From Haliotis rubra (Eukaryota): a stretch of DNA of 64,000 bases. The notes below the pieces were generated by a model, which was not told the DNA's origin, searched no databases, and was given only the letters and a program-made list of their open reading frames with translations. The translations under genes and the position numbers were made by a program. Within the stretch, counting starts at the first letter, position 1, and every line of letters starts with the position of its first letter. The DNA lies in the NCBI RefSeq assembly GCF_003918875.1, contig NW_025767234.1, positions 558,001 through 622,000 on the forward strand, read 5' to 3'. Shown here piece after piece: positions 52,173 to 64,000 of this stretch.

Positions 52173-54867
52173 AAAAGAATTTGTTATCCATAAATAATCT
52201 TACTTTAATATTACTCACCATACTTCTAAAATGCCNNNNNNNNNNNNNNNNNNNNNNNNNNNNNNNNNNNNNNNNNNNNNNNNNNNNNNNNNNNNNNNNN
52301 NNNNNNNNNNNNNNNNNNNNNNNNNNNNNNNNNNNNNNNNNNNNNNNNNNNNNNNNNNNNNNNNNNNNNNNNNNNNNNNNNNNNNNNNNNNNNNNNNNNN
52401 NNNNNNNNAGCCAATGAAAAGACTTCGTTACACTTGAGTGCACACCCATCCGCTCTGACTGGGTTTCGTCTCCCGGGTGCTTCGTTTCGAGCGAAGTAAA
52501 CCCGAGAACAAACTATTGCACTTTTGATTCGCGATTGTGCGCTTATAATTTTGTTTATTTGTCTTTTTCACAAGCACCCATGTATTTTATCTGTCATGAA
52601 TAAGTGATAATTGTGTTTTAATTATGTTTATTTTTTTGGTTGCATGTGACCTTTTACACTTTTCGAAATACCAAACAAAGCCTTTGTGGATTGTAAAGTA
52701 GAGCTCTCAAAATGTTTATGCCATGACAATGTTTGTGAAAATACTATTCCCAAATACTGTATCTATTGGAAGAAACACAATCAATTAATTTACATTCTAA
52801 ATGCCATTTTTCGTGCTTACGAAGGATGCTACCATTTCTTACAACAATTTTGGATTGGCCCAAGTTGACATCTGGCTTATCTTCTTTGCAATGCTGTTCA
52901 AGAACATTTATACGTTTTTGAAGCCCATAGATGGTGTCAGAGTGAGTGAGTGAGTTTAGGTTTACGCCGCACTCAGCAATATTCTAGCTATATGGCGGCG
53001 GTCTGTAAATAATCGAGTCTGGACCAGACAATCCTGTGATCAACAGCATGAGAATCGTTATAAGCAATTGGGAAACAATGACATGTGTCAACCAAGCCAG
53101 CGAGTCTGACCACCTGATCTCGTTTGTCGCCTCTTACGACAAGCATAGGTAACTGAACACCAATTCTAACCCGTATCTTCACGGATGAGACAACAAGACC
53201 TTTTTGTCAGAACGAGTTACAAGAATGTGGCCTTTAAAAAAGTGTTAGACCTCTCCTACAGTTATATAAGCTACCATGTTATCCGAATTAGATGAAAAAT
53301 CGGTCTTCTTTAAATATTAACACTAGGTATAGTATTATAAAAACATACATTCAGCGCTCTTCAATAATGAGGGAACTTGTGAGTCTGTATTTTGCATATG
53401 CCTTGTGTGTGGTTAGGAGATTGCGGATGCAATTTCCTTTCATTTGCCACCTCGAGTAGATCTGCAGTGGTCCACTGTGTCATCGAATAGCACCTCTGCT
53501 TTTGACATTGAAACACTCAAAGCTTGTTTTTTGTTTGCTTGTATTTTTATAATTGTGTCACCGTACTCAGCAATAATCCAGCTATCTGATGGCAGTCTGT
53601 ATGTAAGTGGACCTGGACCAGAGTGTTTAGTGATCAGCATCATGAGCATCGACCGCAATTGGAATACGATGACATACAAGGAGATCGTGGGAGTCAAAGA
53701 CATCTCAATTAAAGATATATAAACTCCTGTTAGATACCCGGTTTACAACAACGAGTGAATTTAAATGATTTTCTGTATGTTTGTGTTTGTTGGCTTTCGC
53801 TGTCGTTGCTCAGAATATCAATCACTGGATTGTCTAGTCTACACTAAATCCGTTACAGAAAGCCTTCGCAATACTTTAAAGCAGCTCTGTGCAAGCAAGG
53901 ACAAACACCAGAACAAACGCCACTCTGTTCAACGGGTGGGTCTAGCTTCACATGAAGTTGATTGAGCCCGAAATGAGTCAGAATTATAACGGCAATATAA
54001 TCTAAGAACATAATCATATGGCAAATGTGAAGTTTAATGAGACATAATTTTAGAGGTTTGTTTGCGTTTTATTTCTTCTTTGTTTCGTTTTGTTGTGTTT
54101 TCCACCTTGGCAAATGTAATAACTTTCAAAATAATGTTCTGGGTGGTCGCTGTGAGGAAAGGTTGAAAGTAGGTTACATAAGAGATAAATATTATTTTGT
54201 TGCACCTTTCAGGTGTGCCATATCCCTAAATCCATTGTGAAGACATGCTTCAAAGTAATAATGACATTCGTAACAGGTACATGTTTCTCGATACTAAATA
54301 CGCCTCGTGGGTTTCACCAAAGTGATAAACGTCTCAGATTGAATCACTTCGAGATTTTCACCAGCGTTAAAGGTTCGGGCGTGCAAGAACATTGGCACTT
54401 TCAAGCCTAACCATCTTCAGGCATTGCTATATGTTAAACTTGCGTAGGGCAACCTGTTGTCAGGGATTTCATTCGCCCGAGAGCATGTCTGTATATGATG
54501 CAAACTAGATATATGCTATGTATATCCTTTTTGCCTAACTAGCAGATTTACAGTTCTCATCCCAAATGGAAATTTATACCTTTATTGTTATCAAGTCATT
54601 TCATGGCAGGCATCGCATGTCTGTCACGGGAAGGAATGTTATAGCCGATGACGGTGTCTGTTACCACTGATAGAATTGAGTTAATTTGTTCCCAGGCCAC
54701 AACTGGTCACAGCTGTCTTAATTAGCTGTGTATGCACCTTACACATTGTGTCGTCAGAGAGTTGTTTCAGCTATCGGCTACAGCGTCGTTTGGCTAGTCG
54801 GCCTGTATATGTCCTCATTGTTATTTGCGGTTCTCATCCCTATGATCGCAGGTCTTTGATTCTTTGT

Positions 54868-56830
54868 CACGCAGTTCTCGCCCCCATTACCATCATTCGG
54901 TTCTCTGCGAATGTCACTTTTTTGTCTCCCTCCGTCGACCGAAACTGATTCAAAGTCTCCATGTCGTTGGCGCCGATCCACACGTTGGACGAGTGAACTA
55001 AACATGAGACAGAGAATTAGAAGTGAATAAAAGATGTGAAACATGGAACAAATCAGTTAACAAAACGGAGATAGTTCAGAGTGATGGAACAAATCAGTTA
55101 ACAAAACGGAGATAGTTCAGAGTGATGGAACAAATCAGTTAACAAAACGGAGATAGTTCAGAGTGATGGAACAAATCAGTTAACAAAACGGAGATAGTTC
55201 AGAGTGATGGAACAAATCAGTTAACAAAACGGAGATAGTTCAGAGTGATGGAACAAATCAGTTAACAAAACGGAGATAGTTCAGAGTGATGGAACAAATG
55301 AATGGAACAAATGGAACAAATCAGTTAACAAAACGGAGATAGTTCAGAGTGATGGAACAAATCAGTTAACAAAACGGAGATAGTTCAGAGTGATGGAACA
55401 AATCAGTTAACAAAACGGAGATAGTTCAGAGTGATGGAACAAATCAGTTAACAAAACGGAGATAGTTCAGAGTGATGGAACAAATCAGTTAACAAAACGG
55501 AGATAGTTCAGAGTGATGGAACAAATCAGTTAACAAAACGGAGATAGTTCAGAGTGATGGAACAAATCAGTTAACAAAACGGAGATAACAAATCCAGTTA
55601 ACAAAACGGAGATAGTTCAGAGTGATGGAACAAATCAGTTAACAAAACGGAGATAGTTCAGAGTGATGGAACAAATCAGTTAACAAAACGGAGATAGTTC
55701 AGAGTGATGGAACAAATCAGTTAACAAAGCGGAGATAGTTCAGAGTGATGGAACAAATCAGTTAACAAAACGGAGATAGTTCAGTTGTCCAAAGCGGAGA
55801 TAGTTCAGAGTGATGGAACAAATCAGTTAACAAAACGGAGATAGTTCAAATCAGTTAACAAAGCGGAGATGGTTCAGAGTGATGGAACAAATCAGTTAAC
55901 AAACGGAGATAGTTCAGAGTGATGGAACAAATCAGTTAACAAAGCGGAGATAGTTCAGAGTGATCGAACAAAGATAGTTCAGTTAACAAAGCGGGAGATA
56001 GTTCAGAGTGATGAAACAAATAAGTTAAAACAGGGATATTGTTGTCCTTCTTTTCAGAATTTGTGATTCTTCTTTAAAACAGGGAATGTTCAGAGCGATG
56101 GAACAAATCAGTTAACAAAACGGAGATAGTTCAGAGTGATGGAACAAATCAGTTAACAGAACGGAGATGGTCCAGAACATGACAATAAGTCATAACGAAA
56201 CAGGAATACTTCAATGTGTCAAAACGGTGAGTCATAAATGCCTTCAGCAGATTTTAAGATGAATTATATAATCATTTGATATTATATGTCCGTAAGATTT
56301 ACTCTTCAAAATAAGTAAAATATTTCTATTCTGTGGAACAGTTGTGTCTTACAGTTACTTTTGTTTATTTCCTAGAAAATGCTTTCTATAACTTCCATTA
56401 TTAATCCAGTATAAGAGCTTTTGCAGTCTTTTACCATCAGTTATGTTTTGTCATGCTTCTTGTTACATTCTATTGCTGTACTTAGCCATACATACTTAGC
56501 TTCGATTCATGAATACATGTCGTATATTCTATTTTGTATGTGTTATTATGTATTGTGTTATTTATACATCCACGATGTAATTAAAATTCTCCATGTTTAC
56601 CTGTCATGACTGTGGGGATTGCACATTTGTGGTAGTCCTGTTGGTTCAAATTTTAGTGTTATAAATCACAAACGGTGAACAGAGTAAGTATGGTCTGTAA
56701 ATACCTATCTTGTTTTGCTCGGGCGTAATCTTTAACAAACGCATTTTCGTTTGCCTTTCAAGCGTTACCAAATATGCTGAATGAAGGCCTACAAAACAGA
56801 GAAGACATTCGTTTGGATTTCTGTTGAACC
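54868..56830 (-). pseudogene. Inverted partial duplicate of lectin C (exon 3, intron 3, 5' part of exon 4)
   Basis: Reverse complement matches about 60020-62600; 13-bp deletion before EPN; exon-3 donor altered; exons 1, 2 and 5 not found. Confidence 0.88.
55043..56175. repeat. 41-bp minisatellite, variant A
   Basis: ATGGAACAAATCAGTTAACAAAACGGAGATAGTTCAGAGTG, more than 20 units. Confidence 0.97.
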
Positions 56831-56917
56831 TTAACGCGTCATCAAACACATTTCTTGAACCTTAACGCATCACCTGACATATTCCTGCAAATTTAACATC
56901 CATGTATTCAATGTCTT

Positions 56918-57547
56918 GTCATGAAAATAACTTTTGCAAAGCGATAATCACACATTCTTGCAATTAATTGGTACATTAACAGTAGTAATATTGTAGGTGG
57001 AAATCTGTCTTTACGAAAATACTTTTGCATGTTAAAAGACACTTAACTATTAGTGCAGTTTGTGGATTTGATCCATTCAAAATTTCAAACTTCAGATCTT
57101 GTGACCCTCTCACTGTTGCTGTGATTAAAGTCTTTGCGTAACCTCAAATGTTTTTGAAATGAACACGGGACGACGTCTGAACTATGTGTGACTGTTCTTC
57201 AACGTCATAATCACCTGATGCTTTGTTCCCAGGAACTGACATAATTTATAAAAGGTCCTTATCGCACATTTAGGATATTTAGGATATTTGTGCACATAGG
57301 GAAGCCCTTTTTTCAATCCGACTGCTGCATCATTCGAACCAGAACATCAATGAGAGGATCGTGCAATCTGAAGTTTGAAAATTTGAACCTATAAAATTTA
57401 CAAAAATGCTGTAATAGTTTAGCGTCTTTGAATATGCAAAATATTATTCTATCAAAGGGGGATTTACACGTACAATGTAACTAAGGTTAATGTACGAAGG
57501 AATTTTAAGAACGTGTGATAATCGCTTTGTTTCGGTTATTTCCAGGA
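56918..57547. repeat. Old long inverted repeat with arms of about 200 bp
   Basis: e.g. CAAAGCGATAATCACAC / GTGTGATAATCGCTTTG and TTTCAAACTTCAGAT / ATCTGAAGTTTGAAA. Confidence 0.75.
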
Positions 57548-57634
57548 AAAGTAGTTTCAAACATGTATGTGGACAACATGCTTAGTCAGTAACTGAACTC
57601 GTGATCTACATTACGAGATATGAAGTAGCAGTGA

Positions 57635-57641
57635 TATAAAA
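57635..57641 (+). promoter_or_regulatory. TATA box of lectin C
   Basis: TATAAAA 65 nt upstream of the ATG. Confidence 0.6.
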
Positions 57642-57699
57642 GGACCAACACGTCCCCGTGGAAGGCTTGTTCTGTTGATCGTCGCAACATTACGAGGAC

Positions 57700-60600
57700 A
57701 TGATGTGGCTGTATATTGTGTCGCTTTTGGTAATAAGTACCACCGTTAAAGGTAAGTCGTTATTACCACAGCACCATTACATTACGTGTTGTTATCTCAC
57801 GTCTAAAGAACTGTACGTCTCCTTTGATGTTTGTCCGAACGTTTTATAAAGATGACTCTTTTTGCAGGTGACTGTCCCAATTTATGGGTGTCCTTTGAAG
57901 GCGGTTGCTATTTTCTGTTTGAGGATAGCGAGGAGTGGCCCCAAGCCAATGTAGGTAGACGTAGATAGTTAAATGGGCATGTATGTGAAAAGTAATGGAT
58001 TCATTCCGGTTCCACAATTCAGAATTAACTATTAACTCTTACATTATGAACACTGACGCGGAGATTAAAATGCAAGAGCATAGCCTAGCAAATCGGTCTG
58101 CTCAGAAGGAATTCAGTATCAATAGATGAAGTTCAGTGAATAATCAGTCAATTATATTGAACACATATTTTACGTTTCCTAAATGCCATTAATCTAGGCA
58201 GACAATGGCAGCAGCAGTAATTAACAGAACCTAAAGTTATTGTCAGTGCACTCAAGAATATTCAGAATATTGTCATTGCTGAATGTCTCGACAAAACGCC
58301 CGTTATCTTCTCTTGAATCTATGATAGTGTTGGAAGCTGCCAGACCTTCGAGGTTTCCAAACAGATTTCCGAACCGGAAAGTCGGATTAAAAAAGGATAT
58401 ACAGGAAGCGCCAGCCGCTCGAAACTGTCCCGACCAGAAATATCTAGAATGATCAAGCCTCTTGTGAACATTTACACCACTAGGGGAGATAACTCTGATT
58501 CTCGAAAAAGATTACGCCATTCCGGAAAGTTACCTTTTCTGCTGCGGACTTCGGTTCAAATCTGGCCATGACAGAACCTGATATACACTAAACGCCAAAA
58601 GAAACGTTACCCCTTCCTTATTGAATTTCTTAAAATCTACTCAAGTGAGGATGAAACTTTCTGCTGCATTGTGATGCGTGGACGTCCACTTCTTGGTCTG
58701 TCTACGGTGACCCCAGTCTGTATGTAGCGCTGAATAAATCTTATAACCGTGATACGATGGCATCCGAGGGCGTTGGCAACAGCATAGTATGTCGACCCCA
58801 TCTCCAACATCCCAATGGCTCACTCTCTCTTCAGCTGTTAATCGTGGCCTATTTCTCGTACTTGTGTATCATATCATGTATTCTAGTCTCTCTTTATACC
58901 CTGTAGAATCATTCTACATGTGAACTTGATGCAAATACTGCTTGAATATTGCTACGTTTTGACGATTGATATTGCTGTGTGTAAACAGAAAATGAAAAAA
59001 ATGTTATTTTGCAAGCAAACATGTTAACAAAGATAATTTAAGGTGTTCCTAAACACTTTTTCACAATATCAAAGACACGTTGTACTTGTTTTCAAAAATG
59101 CAAATCAGCAGAAAATGTTTTAAAAGACTGAAATCATAGGAATGATTCTTTTACAATTTTAGTCACTCTACAACGGTTGTTTATTGTTTTAATAGTTCAC
59201 AAATGGTGACTTTAATTGTTCTATCTACGTCTCGATGCAGAATTCTATTTCAACCTTTCTTTTGACATCTAAATCACTGTTATTGGTTTATGTCGGCATG
59301 GTCGAAAATAGGACAATTTAACTCTTCTGAAAAGATGCATTTCACCTAAATATGAATGCGCTTGAGAATTTTTCTCGTGATATGCATCAAGCTGTGTTGT
59401 TATGCTTTCCTGAAAACTAATGCCTTCTAACATATCTTCGACAGTTTTTAAGCAATTCATAAACGTAGGAGGGTAACGTTTCTTTTGGCGTTTAGTGTAT
59501 TTTATCTAGTAGTTCAAACATTTGCTGCCACTGACCATTACTGCTTGTTGTTGAAATTTCTGTCAGTGGCCATCGCCACAGAAATCACGTACTAACAGCA
59601 AAGCATATGACCATCTACATACTCTCTAGTTGTTGATGTGACGAAGCTTCAATCGCTATAAGTATAGATAACACAAGGGACAGGATGGTGGAAGGAATCA
59701 TAAAAACTGATATATGTATGACACAGACTGAATTATAAATAATGTAAAATGTCAACGCCAAGGGTGGTGAGTTTATGTTCAGAGTCACATCGACAGTATT
59801 TCAGCAATAAAGTGACAACACCAATTTATTAATAAGACATAAATGTCAGCAGAGCAGAATGAATCTCGACTATCTAGTACCGACACATATTCATCGGGGC
59901 GTTAAAGGCAACACAGTGGTTAAATTTGTACGAATACCTAACAGTAAAAGTTATTAAGTGAAGGACCGGTTTTGTATTTGTTGTGGTGTAGTAAGATGAC
60001 ACGTTACAAGTTCAACACAAACCCAAATTAATGTCTTCTCTTTTTTTAGACTGTTTGTGGCCTTCATTCAGCATATTTGGTAACACTTGAAACGGCAAAT
60101 GAAAATGCGTTTGCTAAGAATTACGCCAGAACAAAACAAGGTAAGTGATTCCTCACCGTTCCTACCCTGTTCACCATTTGTGATTTATAACACTAAAATA
60201 ATTTTAACCTACAGGGCCTGGATTTTCGAAGCTCTCTTAGCGCTAAGATAGTCGTAAGTTAAGGTTAATGTATGGCACTTACGACTATCTTAGCGCTAAG
60301 AGAGCTTCGAAAATCTAGGCCCAGGACTACGACAAATGGAAGGTTGTGGGCTGCCAAGCCCCCAGTCATGACAGGTAAAATATAACCGTATGGGAAATTT
60401 TGGTTTCATTGTAAATGTTCAAGTAATATAACAAATGAAAATACTAGGGTTGGATGGGTAAGCCGGACACCCGGGACGGGTGGGTAGTGAGTTGGACCCG
60501 GTACCCATCTAAATACCCGGACCCGTTATGATCATGTGACTAATAGAGCAAACAATGTAATATGTTATTCTTTCATGATTAAAAGGTTGAATTGTCTTTG

Positions 60601-62945
60601 AAGATTTAGACATAATTGTGCAGTCACCTGGTTTGAATGTAATACATGGTTAAGATATTGAGAAACTCGAAATGTTATCCTTCGAGCTGAAGAATGTATT
60701 GGCATTTCTTACAAATTTGATGTCAGGAATAAACATAACGGATATCAGGGTAGGGTTATAGGGGATGGGGTACCCGGGTAGACAATTTGGACCCGTCCCC
60801 TCCCTAGAATATACACAAAAATACAGTACACGACATGTATGAATGATGTTAAATATGTATAGTTTTCTACAGCAATAAAATGTAACAAATATCATAGCAA
60901 AAAATCAGTAATGGTCATAATCAGCAAAAGCTCTAACAGTTGATTATGGCGAGTACACAATGTAAACTGAAGCACTCAAATGTATTAGAAAACATTGTCT
61001 AAGAAATGAAGTTATCAGTAATGGTGTTAGACACAACTGTTCATCAAAATATAAAAAAATACTTATTTTTAATAGTATATCTTACTGATATTTAAATATC
61101 ACATGATTCGATAATTGATCGTGACAATGGTGTGGTCATTCAGTAACAATATGGCACCATGGTCATAGTAATGTCTTACCGCGAGATGTTCTCGTTGGTC
61201 TGGGATTGGTGGTATAAAATGTTCTAGGAAAGACTACAAGGCTAATTTGCTGTAACGTTTGAAAAAAATTAAACGTGAGCATAACGTGCTGAAAAGGTCT
61301 AATGATTCATATTTAAGAGAATCTGTTTGACACAGTGAACTATCCTTGTGTTGTTAGTTGACTTGTTTCAACATTGTGAACCATCCCTGTTTTGTAAGCT
61401 GATTTGTTCCATCGCCTGAACTATCGTTGTTTTGTTAACCGATTCCTTCCATTGCCCTGAACTATCGTTGTTTTGTTAACTGATTCCTTCCATTGCCCTG
61501 AACTATCGTTGTTTTGTTAACTGATTCCTTCCATTGCCCTGAACTATCGTTGTTTTGTTAACTGATTCCTTCCATTGCCCTGAACTATCGTTGTTTTGTT
61601 AACTGATTCCTTCCATTGCCCTGAACTATCGTTGTTTTGTTAACTGATTCCTTCCATTGCCCTGAACTATCGTTGTTTTGTTAACTGATTCCTTCCATTG
61701 CCCTGAACTATCGTTGTTTTTAACTGATTCCTTCCATTGCCCTGAACTATCGTTGTTTTGTTAACTGATTCTTCCATTGCCCTGAACTATCGTTGTTTTG
61801 TTAACTGATTCCTTCCATTGCCCTGAACTATCGTTGTTTTGTTAACTGATTCCTTCCATTGCCCTGAACTATCGTTGTTTTCCTGATTCCTTCCATTGCC
61901 CTGAACTATCGTGGTAAAAAACACAGTTTTGTTAACTGATTTCCTTCCATTGCCCTGAACTATCGTTGTTTTGTTAACTGATTCCTTCCATCGCCCTGAA
62001 CTATCGTTGTTTTGTTAACTGATTCCTTCCATTGCCCTGAACTATCGTTGTTTTGTTAACTGATTCCTTCCATTGCCCTGAACTATCGTTGTTTTGTTAA
62101 CTGATTCGTTCCATTGCCCTGAACTATCGTTGTTTTGTTAACTGATTCCTTCCATTGCCCTGAACTATCGTTGTTTTGTTAACTGATTCCTTCCATTGCC
62201 CTGAACTATCGTTGTTTTGTTAACTGATTCCTTCCATTGCCCTGAACTATCGTTGTTTTGTTAACTGATTCCTTCCATTGCCCTGAACTATCGTTGTTTT
62301 GTTAACTGATTCCTTCCATTGCCCTGAACCATGTCTATATAGTTAACTGAACTATTTTGTAAACTGTATTTCTAATTGACTTGTTTTATCTTTTCTCAAC
62401 CATCTCCGTTTTGTTAGTTCACCTGTTTCATTCACTTCTAATTCTGTCTCATGTTTAGTTCACTCGTCCAACGTGTGGATCGGCGCCAACGACATGATGA
62501 CTTCGAATCAGTTTCGGTGGACGGAGGGAGACAAAAAAGTGACATTCACAGACTGGGCTCGTGGAGAACCGAATAATAGTAATGGGGGCGAGAACTGCGT
62601 GCAACTCGATAGATCTCACAGTTATCAATGGAATGACGCACTCTGTCACAATAGGAACCACTTCATCTGTGAACTGAGGTATGTTGATAACCTTGGGGCT
62701 TCTCTAGTGTAGTTGCTGATTTTGACTGATGGGTCACATGTGTACGCTATGTAAAGACCCAATTAACAGTACTGGCAACTTTACGTAACCTGAAAGAATG
62801 CCTGCCCCAACAGATTTTACAGTCGTTAGTAAACGGCTGAGATCGTTACCATTTCAGTCTTTCCTCTGATATTAAGCTGGCTGTAAAATAACGGAATACT
62901 TTTCAAAACGGCCTCTCCTCCCCCCCCCCCCCCCAGCTCACTGTT

Positions 62946-62978
<33 letters not shown>

Positions 62979-63252
62979 TATAGTTTATTGAGGTGTCACG
63001 TGAACGATTACATGAAATAAAATACACAATATACATAGTAAAATATCGTTCACCCAGCCAATAAGGCTTATGAGACAATATACACATGTTATATTCGATG
63101 GCCAGTTCACAGAAGTCAAAGCCAAGACAGGCTCCGCTGAATACAAAGACTCTCGATGATGCAGTCAGTAAAATGAATTTCTACATGCGAAACCTTTAAC
63201 CATGTACACAATCTCTGTATGTTTCAGAAAAGGGCCAGTTATTGGTAAATGA
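57700..63252 (+). CDS. Secreted C-type lectin C (perlucin-like); exons 57700-57751, 57868-57950, 60050-60140, 62459-62678, 63228-63252
   Basis: Signal peptide MMWLYIVSLLVISTTVKG; CPNLWVSFEGGCY; WIG; EPN; ENC; WND; FICE; ends VIGK; same intron phases as A and B; AATAAA at 63311. Confidence 0.9.
58586..59497 (-). mobile_element. Internally deleted Tc1 derivative
   Basis: Perfect TIR CACTAAACGCCAAAAGAAACGTTACCC with TA TSD; HTH remnant AIGMLEMG..DRPRSGRPR at about 58820-58670. Confidence 0.9.
60215..60321. mobile_element. Palindromic PIF/Harbinger-type MITE
   Basis: Near-perfect hairpin with GGCC ends and 3-bp TSD CAG; empty site in the inverted duplicate. Confidence 0.85.
60445..60806. mobile_element. 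hAT-like MITE
   Basis: TAGGG..CCCTA ends, ACCCG subterminal motifs, 8-bp TSD GAAAATAC/GAATATAC. Confidence 0.8.
61400..62330. repeat. 41-bp minisatellite, variant B (intron 3 of lectin C)
   Basis: TTCCATTGCCCTGAACTATCGTTGTTTTGTTAACTGATTCC, about 22 units. Confidence 0.97.
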
Positions 63253-63499
63253 GATCCTAATCCTAATAACGGCTGGCAGGAGAATATTAGCTGAAAGTGA
63301 TGAACGATGAAATAAACGCATATGATGTTGTTTCTGTCTTTGTCGTTTTACTCTGGGCGCAATTCGCCATTCCAGGGCACCGCCTTGATCGAGTATTTGT
63401 AGTTATCTTTCTGATTCTGAGCAACATGCTATATAGATAGAAGGGGGAAAGAAAATATACAAGTTTGTATGTGTATGTCCAGAGTTCCGCATTGGTGAT

Positions 63500-64000
63500 T
63501 GTGCGATCTCTGTAAGTCGGCATTCTGGGTGTGATATTCGACTCGTGCCTAAACATGGAATCGCATATCAATAGCGTGTGCAAGCATGCGTACTTCCATA
63601 TTCACACCATCAGCATGACCGGGAGGTATCTCGATGTCAAGACCACCTCAGCTCTTATCTAAGCCTTCATCACGTCAAGACTTGATTACTGCAACTCGCT
63701 GCTGTTTGGAACATCCGAGCATCTACTTGGCAAGCTTCAACGTGTGCAGAACACTGCAGCGAGGGTGATAACCCGTCACCAGAAATATGACCACATCACC
63801 CCTGTACTTCACCGTCTACACTGGTTGCCAAACAGGATCCAGTACAAAGTACTGTTGTTAGTGTTCAAGTGTGTGAATGGACTTGTCCCCAGCTACCTTT
63901 CAAATCTTCTTAAAAAAACACCACCCTCCCAGATCCTTACGGTATGGCTCCCAGTATTTCCTGGAGGTACCAACCACCTGAACAAAGACATTTGGCGACC
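63500..64000 (+). mobile_element. L2/CR1-group LINE ORF2 3' fragment
   Basis: GVIFDS, AFITSRLDYCNSLL, KLQRVQNTAAR, HITPVLHRLHWLP; stops and frameshifts. Confidence 0.9.

Noticed and set aside
55043-62330. 41-bp arrays as CRISPR
   Set aside because: Head-to-tail units with no unique spacers, no cas genes, eukaryotic intron context.

Overview
Eukaryotic, AT-rich, gapped genomic DNA. It is most likely from a gastropod mollusc such as abalone (Haliotis); this is an inference from the perlucin-like lectins and SINE families. Host genes: (1) a decayed minus-strand TIR-like gene at about 0.1-6 kb; (2) a TRPV-family channel whose coding region sits in a single exon (8.6-10.6 kb); (3) an NKRF-like RNA-binding gene (about 14.5-35.2 kb) with four dsRBD-like repeats, a FUS-like low-complexity/RGG N-terminus, a degenerate R3H domain and no G-patch; (4) three 5-exon secreted EPN/WND C-type lectin genes (41.5-63.3 kb), plus an inverted partial pseudo-copy and an orphan first exon. 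Mobile DNA is dense: five Tc1/mariner copies, a DIRS1 retrotransposon with intact ITR/ICR ends, at least three SINE families, several MITEs, LINE fragments and a THAP remnant. The most notable observations are an expanding 86-bp array of stop-coupled decoy splice acceptors in the lectin genes, a Penelope-type minimal hammerhead ribozyme with a U3-A8 core, a head-less SINE that starts with a pseudoknot, and twin intronic 41-bp minisatellites homogenised to different variants. Four frameshifts in host genes are single extra bases, three of them in runs of 4-6 identical bases, and may be assembly errors. All calls are from reading the sequence by eye; no searches were run.
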